DNA of 56,633 bases, the filler included, from Dugesia japonica (taxonomy: Eukaryota), in assembly GCA_001938525.1 (NCBI GenBank). It is 5 parts of 5 records of this genome, joined end to end, with 100 filler letters (N's around TTAATTAATTAA, not from the genome) between each part and the next. Parts side by side here need not be neighbours in the genome. Positions count along the whole stretch, not along the records: positions 34,584 to 43,206 come from MQRL01627223.1; positions 43,307 to 56,633 come from MQRL01580914.1; 3 more parts are not named here. The stretch is one strand, 5' to 3'. Below are positions 37,660-49,545 of the stretch, one piece after another. Positions within the stretch are counted from its first letter, which is position 1, and every line of letters begins with the position of its first letter. A program made the position numbers and the translations under genes. Under the pieces are notes generated by a model, which was given only the letters and a program-made list of their open reading frames with translations, had not been told where the DNA came from and did not search any database.

Positions 37660-39049
37660 CCGTTTTTAATTTCGTAAAACAGTATTTGAAGAACATGGAT
37701 TGGAACCGCTAAGATTTGTTTTATTACCAGGATTGAACTGGTCAAGTGCTCTCACGTCGATGGATAGACAAAGATAATTACTTCAAGATGCTGAAATGCA
37801 TCGTCTATTTGAATTAGGAATTAGTGGAGGAATGACTTTTGTGAACAAACATTATGTAAAAGCAGATAAGAATACCTCACTGCTTTACACTGATATTATT
37901 AATCTATATGGTTGAGGCTTAGCACAACTTTTACTATATAGAGATTTTGAATTTATCTCAGAAGATCAGATTGAAGAAACATACCAAAAGATCTTCGCCA
38001 ATAACAATAACGTTATTGGATACCTGCTTAAAATTAATCTTGAAATACCGATCAAACATCATGTTAGATTAGATCAATTACCTTTGACTCCAGAACATAA
38101 ATATCCACCTGGATCAAAAGTTAAGAGGTTACTAGCGACACATGAACCAAAACAACATAATATCATATATTTAAGATTATTGGAATTGTATATAAAACTT
38201 AGAGCTCATATGACCGCGGTGCATAGAATAATCAAGTTCAAACAAACTAAAATATTTGCAAATTACATCAATGCAAATTCAACGAGAAGAGCAGAATCAA
38301 AGTCTAAATTAGAAAAAGACCTTTATAAATTATTAAACAATACGCTATGTGGTAAGACAGTTAAGAATTTGAAAAATTGCATGCATCTCAGGCTTTGTAA
38401 CAATGAAAGGAAATTCATAACTTACACTAGGACTAAAGGCTGTATTGCTAGAAAGATATATCAAATGTCTATATAGACCCATTTATATTGTTCAGGTGGT
38501 TCTAAATTTGAGTAAATTGTGAATTTATAGTTTCCAAAATAAAGAGTTGAAATATATCGTCAACAATTTCATTGGAAATTGATATTATTGCTGAAGATAT
38601 GGATAGCTTTTTCTAGTCATGTACCGGAGTAGATAGAAACCCACTCTTGTCTCAGATAAAATCAGATGGTCTCTTGGATACAAGCAATTACCCAAAGGAT
38701 CATTCACTCTAATCCTATAATGCGGCCAACATAATTGGATTGTTTAAAGATGAATGAGAAGGTGAAGATTATACTGAATGGTATTCCTTAGGCATATATT
38801 TTATAGTTTGAAGAAAGCAGATGCTAGTATGATAATGAAATAGAAAGGGATCAGTTTAAAATAAACAGGTTTTATGCATATAATAAAGATAAAGACGGAG
38901 AAGAAGAACCAAACAAGGTTATACAGACTAGCTTTCAATCAATAAATCATCAGGTTTATTCAATAGAGAGTATGAAACGCGTATTGTCTTGCCTGGATGA
39001 TAAACGCTTTTGGAGTGAAAGAAATATTAGTATGACATATAGTCATTAA
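37660..39049 (+). pseudogene. Polinton/Maverick pPolB polymerase domain
   Basis: FRKTVFEEHGLEP..FVLLPGLNWSSAL; LFELGISGGMTF; LLYTDIINLYG* (motif A); EKDLYKLLNNTLCGKT (motif B); IIAEDMDSF (decayed DTDS); LDTSNYPKDH; IGLFKDE; LSCLDDKRF. Confidence 0.92.
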
Positions 39050-39497
39050 ATAATTAATAATTAATTAATTTGATTACTGTTTGAATGACACAGTTTATCC
39101 AGGAAGAAGAAGAAGAAGACGATTATAATGTAAATGATGAAATAAATGGTGTTATATATATTTGTTTTCTATTGATTGGTTATGTATATGTGTTTCTTTG
39201 AATAAAAGTATAATGACTCTTTAAATTTATTTATAAAGATAATAATAAGACAATATGTATTTATGATGTTAAAATATTTAATAGGTAATATTTATTTCAT
39301 AAATATTAAAAAAATTAAATAATCATATAATAAGATTAATAATGATAATATATAATGGCATAGTAATTGTGTATTTTAATGCTAAATATCATGAGAGTGA
39401 TTACGTCATATGTCAAATGCCATGCTAATTATGTACGCATTGATTGTGTAATAGAGAAACATTCAAAAATGAGCCAGTGTACACGCATTCACCTATT

Positions 39498-40395
39498 ATT
39501 AGACGACACTAAAATTACCCATAGTATTCTCAAAAATAAAAATAAATTAACCAGAAAAATAATCATTGCCTAAAAATTGGGAACAAAATGTAAAGAAATT
39601 ATCCAATTAATCGACCTGAACCTACCAATCCGTGAGAGATTAATGGCATTCAATAAATCTTTCTGTATCAATAAAAATAGTCAATAATGTCTCTGTAAAA
39701 TCTCATCAAAAGCACTAACAACAGAAATTTAGTCAATTTATCTGTTTATAATGAATTTTAAAGTTCGCGGATCATAACTCCAATTGCTAAATCCCCAGAA
39801 ATCAGTTGGAATCATCCATCTTTGTCGACCAATTAATATCCATATTATGAACAGGCAGCGATCAACTATTTAAATAATAGTCGATAATTAAAGCTGGTGG
39901 ATAATAAGTGAACATCGAATAGCCGGGAATCGTTTAAAATAATTCACAGTCAACGAACAATTATTATCAAGTATTTTGAATCTGCAGAGGATAATTATCC
40001 CGAAAATCTGGACATCATTTGAATAATTACTCTGAACATTGATATTTAAGACAATGGAAAATAATTAAATTATTATTTAATTTATTATTAAATTGTTAAA
40101 TCATAGACTTAAATGCATAGCACAAATTCCTGACAGATAGTCGAAATAATTCTATCAATCAACAACCAAAGGGAATAATAAGAATTTCCAGCAATAATTA
40201 CGAATTCTGTTTATCAACTCCATCCTTAATTCCTTCAATCCAAGTGTTCACAAGCGTAATCTTTAAACAAGAGGTTATTGTTATTTTGTATTGCATTAAA
40301 ATTCATAATTATAAAATTACCAGAACTAATGTTTTGATGAAATTTAATTATTTAATTAAATAATTAATATAGAATTTCATTAATAAAGTTACAAA
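39498..40395 (+). repeat. Dispersed ~0.9-kb repeat, copy 2
   Basis: Colinear with 12885-13840. Confidence 0.85.
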
Positions 40396-42619
40396 TTTAT
40401 TAAAATAACCTATGGAAAATTAACACTTCAACATGGAAAATGCAAGTTTTAACAAATGTTATTACTCCTAAGGGAATTATCAAAATTATACTGAGATTTA
40501 ATTACCTTATTTGTATACACTTCATGCGTTAAGCAGTACATCTTATTATTTTCAGTTGTGAAATTTTATTTTATACTAACATTAATGAAATCGATATTTT
40601 TTAAATCAATCATGTTAGTTATTTAGTTAAAAAAAACATGTGTAATCATTTCATATATGAAAACGTTTTATTTCGTCAAAAGTTTAAAACTCATAAAATA
40701 AGTAAGTGAATTCTTGGACCTTTAAAAGATTTTTAATTTAAATGTTTTGGCGCAAATGTTATGATAAAGATTGAAAAAAATTATATAATCATATTTAAAT
40801 CAGGTTTTTTGTTTTTTACTTATGGAGAGAAACAGAGACAGCTGAAGAATCAATAAGGAGTGAATTAGTCAAAAATATTGAAGAAAAATTTGAAAAAGTG
40901 AAACAGCATGGTGACAAGAGATGAACCTTTTTAAATAGATGAATGTGTTTAGATAATACGAATAATTAAAATTCTTATTGGAATCCGGCCAAACAACACA
41001 AAATTTGAAAAGGATTTTTGTCGAGATATTTACATAAATCGATTCAGAATGACCTCGGGATCATTTCTAGCTAAAAATAACTTTTTCGAAAGATATTTTG
41101 TTCTCTAATTTAATTTTAAACTAGTCTATTTGATAGATATTTTCCAGTTTATCTTGACTGGCCTAGTTAAAAATCGCCAAATCCTGTTGGATGCTGAGGA
41201 AATTAAGAAAAACACGTGATTTTTAGAGAATTTTTGAAACAAGAAATTCATCACCTAAAATCGACTAACTTAACTTTGACTGTGAAAAATGAAAAAAACA
41301 TGTTAAAAAATTCCGATGATGCTTAACTGTCACTAATAAAAAATTATTGTTTCTAATTTTCATTCAAATGTAGTGATCTAAGTAGTATTCGATAGAGAAT
41401 GTTAGGCTCATCAAGTATATATGTATTTTTGAATAGTTTACCGAATTATTTCAAATTTTTAATTTTCTGGGAGATTTGGTAAGCAATTTCTAGGTTAAGG
41501 GTTATCTTGATTAATTATTTACTCATAAGGGTCAATTTCCCATGGTTTGTGGTAATAATTTCCTCAGGAATAGTCAATTTGGGTCAGTTTTTGACGATTT
41601 GGTCAATTAATTACTCGGTTCAGGCAATGTTGGTTAACTTAAATTCGTCAAATTTAATCCCCAATGATATAAATAAAGTTTTGTGGTGAAAAAATCTCAC
41701 AACTCAGAGTTTAGCGCTTAGAAGTCTGTGTGCAGAGAATTGCTATCGACTCAAATTTGGTATTCTTTTACTCAGGAAGAAAAAGTGACTGGATAAATTT
41801 AAAATATCGTCTTAGGAAAAATACTTCTTAACGAAGATATTCAGCTGTCCTCTTAGTTTATGGTAACATTTTAGAAAAAATTAAAAAGTATCTCAAAATT
41901 TATCAATGAGGTGTCTATTCTATAGAGAATTTTATGGTAATTCAGAAAAACATTATTTAAAATATTCAAGCTTTCTACATAAAAAGTTTTATAAAAAAAC
42001 AAGTACTTTTATGTAATACTCACTGAACAATATCAATATTATTATAAAAGACAAAGTAAATAACAAAATAACAATACAAAGATATTTTTATAAATAACAT
42101 TTATTAAAATGAAAATCTAATGAACGTATGACTCAATTGATTACTATCTTGATTGAAATGACTAAATGTTACAATTATACTATTATGAAATATCGAAATA
42201 AAATCATTATTTGTAACTATTCTTGGTTTGAATCATGATCATCTAGGAATAAAGTGCTATAATGTCAATATGGTAAACTTTTGTTTTCATTTATCCATAT
42301 GCAATAACCAATAGTATACTGTGTAAATACAACTGCTGAACTCTAATAAGCACTATAAATCTATTAAACCTATTAGATTTGATAAATTTTAATGCAATTA
42401 ATTAATTTTAAATAATTCAATAACTAAAATCTATGAAACTTAAGAAAATTAATGGAAATTCAACAAATCTTAATAAATTTAGTCTAGGTTTATATATTTT
42501 AATGAAATTACTTATAGACTTTGTAATATTTTCGGTAAATCTATATGAATTTATAAAATCTGGTTATCCAAATAAAACTTTTACTTGAAAAACTACAAAC
42601 TAATGTCTCAATTGATACG

Positions 42620-42900
42620 TAGGTAGTTATAATTTACACATGGCAGGCAACATTTTGTATATAGTGTACTATATTTTACACATATGTGTTGACAATTTGC
42701 TTATAGATGATTATAATTTAATCATAGGTTGTTGTAATTAGTACATAGATGGTGATAATTTGCTTGTAGGTCACTACAATTTATTCACGACTTAATAAAA
42801 TTGGTATATAAATGATTAGTCTTGATGCATATTCAATTGATAAATTGGTAAGAAGTCAAATAATTTACTTGAACAATTTGATTCTCTCTGGTACTATGTG
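42620..42900. repeat. Degenerate ~21-bp tandem array
   Basis: Recurring taattt.c..ata.atg units at about 21-bp spacing. Confidence 0.5.
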
Positions 42901-43206
42901 TGATATTAACTGACTTTACTATATTACACTAATTTTACTGTGACCATCACTTTCACTGTTACATATTAATTTACTCTATCACATTGGCTTATTGTACTAA
43001 TATGCTTATTCTATGAATTGGTTTTACTATACCACATTAAGTTACTGTACTTATTTATTTACGAAGAAGATTGAAAATAATTGTATGATAAAAATAACAC
43101 TTATAGACTTTGCTGTGTTCATTGAGTAATGGATTAATTTACTGTATTTACCAATAAGCATATTAAATGAATTAATTAATTGTATTGATTAACTTGAACG
43201 ATTAGA

Positions 43207-43306
43207 NNNNNNNNNNNNNNNNNNNNNNNNNNNNNNNNNNNNNNNNNNNNTTAATTAATTAANNNNNNNNNNNNNNNNNNNNNNNNNNNNNNNNNNNNNN
43301 NNNNNN
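43207..43306. other. Artificial contig spacer
   Basis: 44 N + TTAATTAATTAA + 44 N. Confidence 0.95.
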
Positions 43307-43344
<38 letters not shown>

Positions 43345-43353
43345 ATTATTATT
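43307..43353. repeat. (TTA)n microsatellite
   Basis: Directly visible. Confidence 0.9.
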
Positions 43354-44099
43354 GTTGGGGTTTTACCCTAGGTGGGTTGATTTCTTCTATGATTAAATCT
43401 AGGGGTCTAACTATATATTATTATATTATATTATATTATATATTATATTAAGTTTAGGATAATTGACCTGGTAAATCCCCGCGATGAATTTGAATCTGGT
43501 GTCTCCAAAAAAATCCAGATCTTCGGAACGGAGCCGTTGACTCGGAATCCGAGTACAGACTCACATTCCTTTGGTTAGGGTTCATACTTCATGATACTCG
43601 CTTGATTCTCAAATCATACTTATCAACCATTTATTAGATTTCCGTTTATAACCTATTTTATTGGATTTTGATTTTATCAGTCAGTTAAGTCTTAATTAAT
43701 TATAAATTTTATTTTTTAGATTTAGCTGGGTTCAGTTTACTTTAACAATCCATACACTAAGGTTTAAAATTATCAAGAACGCAAGATTTTACCAAGTTAA
43801 AAAATATATTTGATTATCAGATTACCACGTGTTATACATTAATTTAACAAATAGGACGAACAATAAAACTAACGTGGTCTGGATCTCGATCCGGAGCAAG
43901 CACGAGATTTGACTTATCATTTCCTTGGTAGTTATTAATTATTCAATGGGTCCACCATAATTTTCCATATTCGGTTCAAGTCGGAAATCGTTGCATCCGT
44001 AATTGAATAACAAGAATATTTACTTTAAAAAATCTCCGTTCAATTACAGTATTTGCTTGATCAAAAGATAGAATGTTTTGGTGAAAATTACATCGGTAT

Positions 44100-44345
44100 T
44101 TATACCAGTTTCTCTTCACACCCCCATTCCTTTTATTGGTTATTTGGAATCATACCACTTTTCTGACGTTTCCATTGGCTTGAACGTCATGTGAGCTCTT
44201 TTTATTGCTTGATATTTTTGGACTTCGAATCTATTGGTCAACCTTCAAACTCCTGTATCTTTTTTCTGTATTTTTTTCTTGACCAAAATCTTTTTAATTG
44301 CTAATTTTTCCACCATGGGAAGTCGTTGTTTTTGCCATTTTTCAT
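44100..44345 (-). mobile_element. LTR-retroelement 3' end (polypurine tract and LTR start); related copy at 47440-47560
   Basis: Minus-strand AAAAGGAATGGGGG followed by TGTG. aaattagcaattaa...aagataca.gagtttgaag.ttgaccaat is shared with 47440-47560. Confidence 0.4.
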
Positions 44346-44739
44346 GAAATAATTTATTTTAAATTGTTCGATNTATTTTATTTAAATAAATAAATTATTT
44401 ATTTTACTTTCTTCCAAAATATTAATCTGCTGTTCATTTCTTTGTCTATCCTTCTCAGTAATTTTCAGAAATTAAGGATTTTATAAAAAAATATTTTAAC
44501 TAATTCATATTTGACTTATCAGTTTTTTACTAATACACATTTTAATTCTTATGAAACTTTCGATTTTTAACAAATGAACCTTTAAATTAATAATATTAAG
44601 TCTGTAGGAACTGATGCGTAGAAATTACACCGAAATCAAATTACGTGATTTACAAAATGTTTCGTCCAAGACGTCTAAGATACTACTTGATAATTACGAC
44701 CAAACGAATAACGAGCAAAATGGAAATACAGGATAAGAT

Positions 44740-45090
44740 ATACTGAGAGCTGTTACAGAAGAAAAACCTTAAATTAGAAAAGGAGAAAAAAGGCTGTATA
44801 ATTGTGATGTTAAATTCTCCAGCATGGAGACAGACAAAATAAACGTCACTTAGCTGAAACGCTTCAAATATTACAAAGAGTGGTTCTGGAGGAAAAACAT
44901 AAATGGACAAAACAGCCATAGTCTACATGCCTTCGCAAGCATCAATTAATAACTTTATTTTAATACATCTTAGTTTTTCAAATCGTGTCATATCTTATAG
45001 TGATAATACTGTTTCATATGTGACTTTCACTAATGAGATGTCGGCTAAAACTGATAAGTCAAAAGTTGTTTATTTTCGAGCTAACTTATT
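44740..45090 (+). pseudogene. Possible Penelope-like element fragment
   Basis: LKLEKEKKGCIIVMLNS (cf. I.KADKGN..VIL) and DKSKVVY (cf. KSNVVY at the GIY-YIG start); weak. Confidence 0.25.
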
Positions 45091-45799
45091 CTAGAATATC
45101 TATTAGGTCCGGATGCTGATAACTTAAATTCTAATTTTCTCTATTCTTTTGAGTTTTAAGGAATAAGAAAATCTGGCCGTANNNNNNNNNNNNNNNNNNN
45201 NNNNNNNNNNNNNNNNNNNNNNNNNNNNNNNNNCTGTATGGAATAGCTATAATAATACAAATAATTATACAAATATTTATAATTTTTATGAATGCATTTT
45301 CGGGTGTATAAATTTCTATAATTTGTATAACAAATAAGTTGGAATTAATTTTTCAAAATGAGAATCAATTTTATTGACTTTCAATTGTTTGTGTAAGGAA
45401 TGGATTTTTAATCGGTTTTGGAAAATTTATTTATTTTAACGTAAGAAAATTTTTATATTAAAATAACTTTAATTATTATGTAAATTTTGAGTAAAATTTT
45501 TCATTTACTTTATAAATATGATCAAAATTTATGTACTTTGTATATTTATTTTGTAAATTTTATTTATCTTTGGAAAATCTGCATGCCTCGAAAAATGTAT
45601 AAATAGAGCTGTAAAATACACTCCAGCACTATTTTTTAAACTCGTAAAAAAGTTTTTAACTTCTCCAGTTAAACAACTTAGAGTTAAAATAATAACGTGT
45701 ACAAATAATATTTTTATTTAATAAAATCTTTTTAAAGTAATAATTTTTCTATTTATTGTTTCTTAAGAACTATTATATGGCCTATCTATAAATATTATT

Positions 45800-45944
45800 C
45801 TATCTATAATAAACATATTAAGGTATAAAAGAAACATTTTAAAACGATAATATATTGGGATTATCATAGTTATTAAATTCAATTATTAAAACTCACGCAT
45901 TGTTGATTTACTTTGGTAATAATACACCAAAGTATCTCAACATA
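45800..45944 (+). repeat. Dispersed repeat, copy of 15310-15458
   Basis: Direct colinear similarity. Confidence 0.8.
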
Positions 45945-47254
45945 AGATTATAAGTCCATATCTTTATTACTAGTTTCATACTTGAGAAAAGCACCAAATT
46001 TAGGTTCTGTTTTATGTATTTAAGCAATTTTTATGTATTTATAGTCACCCATCTCTTCGAAAATTTATTTGAGAAACCGACCAAAATTTTCGTTAACCAA
46101 TGAAATAAAATCTGAGCTTTAACTTCAACATTCATAAGATACAAACAAAATATGAAAATATTATGCAGAAATTTTAAAGATTATTAGCAAAAGGTTCTGT
46201 GTGAGTCATTCCTGATTATATACATTGGTCCAAAAGTTAATGTTCAGACAAGTTTTCCGAAGTCTTTATCGAATATTTTTAATTAATTTGATTTCTTGAT
46301 GAGATTGTACAAATATTCATGTAAAATGAATTTTAATATATGAAATTTTATAAATTGATAAAAAGAAATATTATGCCTGAAAACAACAGTTAATCTGTCC
46401 AAATAAGTAGTAATAATAATTATATTAAAATGGCTCTTGAAATGAGGTATGTAACAGTTATAATTAGTTTTTGATTTTTAAAATTTAATTTAATTATTAA
46501 AAAATCGAAAATTATAAAAAAAAAGTTAGAACCTTTTTTAAATCTTATGAATTATATCATTAAGTTGACAAAATAACGATTTTAATTCAATTATTGTTTT
46601 GATTTTAACAATTATTTTTAAATAAATTTAACAATTATTTGAGAATTATTTTAAAAAATTTTCGAGATCTAATAATAATTATTTCTAAAAAAGTTTAAAA
46701 TTTAGGAAAGGTAATTATTAATTTCCTTATCCAAATTAGTATAATAAACGAACAGTTGTCATGGAAATTGTAAAAAATATAAAGCAATTACATTAATTAC
46801 TCAGTTTTGTTTAATTATATTTACGTAAATATATTGGTTTAATTATAATATTGACTATGAAATTTAAACTCTAACTCTTTAATGTCATATAAAGTTAAAT
46901 TTATTTTTTAATTGTAAGACAACTCTAAACATTTTTGTCTTATAAACACAAATTTAAGAGTTCGATATTGATTTACACTTCAACGTATATTTTACATTAA
47001 TTCGTTTCATCTGTTATAAAACAATTATGTATCCTTTGTATTTTAAAAAATTTAAATTATTGATCAAAATCAATGAAATNNNNNNNNNNNNNNNNNNNNN
47101 NNNNNNNNNATGACTATAACTTCTTTTACAACGGACCAGTTCAATGTTTTTGTTAAAGTGAATGATCTCCGGTTGACGAAAATATATTTTAAAAAGAATA
47201 AAATATAAAATTAAATATTTAGTATTTTCCGTTTTTAAATATGAATTTTTATAT

Positions 47255-47360
47255 TTGTTTGTTTAAACAATTAATGATGTTATAGTTTTTATTTTAATCA
47301 ATTTATGGAGTTGAATTCTGATATTAATGATTCGATGAGTTTTCCAAACTCTCCTAACAT
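47255..47360. repeat. Dispersed repeat; inverted copy at 55843-55950
   Basis: atggagtt.aattctgat.ttaatgattcg..gagttttccaaactc.cctaaca occurs in both. Confidence 0.8.
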
Positions 47361-47574
47361 GTGAATTAAAATGATTTATTTTAAAGAAGAAAATAAAATT
47401 TTTTACAAAAATTAGAAAAATGAAGGTTTCCTATCAAAATAAAATTAGCAATTAAGAAAATTATAGATAAGAAAAAATCGGAGATTTCGAAAATCCAAAT
47501 TAAAAAATCAAAGCAAGACTAAGAAAGAAGATACAAGAGTTTGAAGATTGACCAATGGATCTGCAATAATTTTG

Positions 47575-47805
47575 GAATTAAATGTTCATCTATAGTAATA
47601 TTGTTGGTGATTCAAAATTTTCTTTGTTGAAATCAGTATGGCTGGAGAGTTATGAAGTTGATCAATTATTTCAAGTTATAGTCAAGAATTCAATGTATCT
47701 ACAAATCACTACTTCATGTATAAACAATAAAGAAATCAACATACGTGACGATAACGGGGATTTAATTCTTTGGATAACAAACTGAATATTTAGATTTAAA
47801 TGATA
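47575..47805 (+). pseudogene. Polinton minor capsid (penton) protein C-terminus
   Basis: MFIYSNIVGDSKFSLLKSV...MYLQITTSCINNKEINIRDDNGDLI (cf. YVY.DIV...VGD....LL..V...Y.P.....I..I.I.IRD..G). Confidence 0.8.
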
Positions 47806-47829
47806 CTCTTGTATGTTCAAAAGTCTGAT

Positions 47830-48615
47830 GAAGTACCAGGTAATTTCATATTGCATAGTCTATTCAATGATATAAATNTTCAATTAAATAATATTAAAGC
47901 ATTAATTGAGACTATTTTGAATTATAATAGAAATACAAAGTATGTATATCTTAATGCAGTGGGTTATGGAAATGATGATTTTAGACAAAGAATTATTAAA
48001 TCATCAAAACCATGGTCTCTATTTAGTCCTCTACAACTAGATTTCATGGATCAACCAAAATATCTTATTCCAAGTGTCAATGCTCACATTCGATTGAAAA
48101 GAGCAAATCCTAGAATGTGTTTGGAATTTTAAAACTAATGAATCAAAATATAAATTATTGGATGCATAATTAATGATTAGAAGAGTTCAAGTGGGTTCGT
48201 CAATACTAACAGCTCATTAAATTGGATTAACCAAACAAAATGCTATTTATCCTAAAAAATCCAAGGAAATTGTATCGTATGCAATTAGTAACGACAGTTC
48301 ATTGTTTAATAAGGAAAAATCTTTGGAGATTGTAAATTGCCAAGCTTTATTCTGGTAGCATTTCAAGATGAAAAACGATATAAAGGAAAACAAAAATATG
48401 AATTATGAAATAACCCTTATATTTTAAAACCAAATATTCATTTTTCACCTATTTCTTGCTCCAGACTTTGATATAAACCAAAGTCAGTTACCAATGCAAA
48501 NAAATCTAAAGTTAGATATAAAATTTGAAACTCCTTTGTTGGCTTCAGCACATGTAATAATTTATGAAGTATTTGAAAATGAAATTCAAATTACTGCCAA
48601 GAGAAAAATATTGCT
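47830..48615 (+). pseudogene. Polinton double-jelly-roll major capsid protein (deleted, frameshifted)
   Basis: NFILHSLFNDI..QLN; KALIETILNY; LQLDFMDQPKYLIPSV..HIRLKR; LMIRRVQV..SILTAH..GL.KQNAIYP; KLPSFILVAF; LAPD; NLKLDIKFETPL...VIIYEVFENEIQITAKR. Confidence 0.9.
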
Positions 48616-48789
48616 TTTAACAATCAATTTTGGTTTAAACAATCTCAATATCACGAAATTTTAAGTAAATGAAGTTTATTATTCAAATAATTTATTTATT
48701 TAATTATTTCAATTCANATAGACAAAATTGGAAAACAATGGTTAGGATCAGATTGCTTAGGAGTATTTCCAATAGACAAGATTCCAAAC

Positions 48790-49030
48790 TTTTAAGTAAT
48801 GTAGCACTAATCATCAATACTCAGAGCTCAAACCTCGGCGGTGAACACTGGTTAGCTGTTTATCATAAGCCTGAACATATACTAGTATTTGATCAATTGG
48901 GATTTTATTATTCATCACTTCTAGTCTCGCAACTATCGAGTTTATGAAAACCTATTATTTATAATCGAACAAAATATCAACAATGGTTAGCTATAAATTA
49001 CGGTGAACATTGCCTATTGTTGTTAAGAAA
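48790..49030 (+). pseudogene. Adenain-like (adenoviral-type) cysteine protease of a Polinton
   Basis: LIINTQSSNLGGEHWLAVY...VFDQLG (catalytic H, D), then YNRTKYQQ...NYGEHCLL (Q present; the catalytic C of CG.HC appears mutated to Y). Confidence 0.88.
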
Positions 49031-49409
49031 ACCACATGGCAGATGAAATTTCGTGTTGAATAAATTTATTGAATAAAAAATTGTTACTTGCTTAGTGACT
49101 AACTGTATTATTTTTATTAATTTAAATTGAAAATATATTAACACAAAGAATAATAAAGAACAGTAATAACAACCATAATAATAAATTAAAAATTTATTTA
49201 ATACAACTCTTCATAGTGTTTAATTTATATAAGAGTCTGTTTCAATCATTTAATTTTGTCAACACTATAGTACGAACAATTTTGAGCTATATAAAAAGGT
49301 AATGATAAAATAATAATTGCAAAAAATATAAAAACAAACAATAACAACACAATTATAAATAAAAATTTATTATATATAATTTTTTCTTTAGGTGTTTAAT
49401 TTTTTTCAA

Positions 49410-49545
49410 CTAATTCGGTTTTCAGACCATTCCTCTTCATCGTCTGTATTGAAAGGCCATGTTTCATTATTATTCTAAAAAGAAAATTTAAAAATTTAAC
49501 TATAATGAAATTAAAAACTTACCATTTTTCTTTTATTAGTTTCTA
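49410..49545 (-). other. Short spliced exon pair convergent on the Polinton protease
   Basis: ETNKRKM | 48-bp gtaag...ttttag intron (49475-49522) | NNNETWPFNTDDEEEWSENRIS*. Confidence 0.35.

Noticed and set aside
44600-44700. Possible hammerhead ribozyme near the Penelope-like fragment
   Set aside because: Could not pair a CUGANGA core with GAAA and the required stems on either strand.
1340-49030. One giant intact Polinton spanning the window
   Set aside because: The pieces are on different contigs and strands, all are disrupted, two different pPolB C-termini exist, and no TIR/TSD pair was found. The integrase at 35222-35880 belongs to a Gypsy element.
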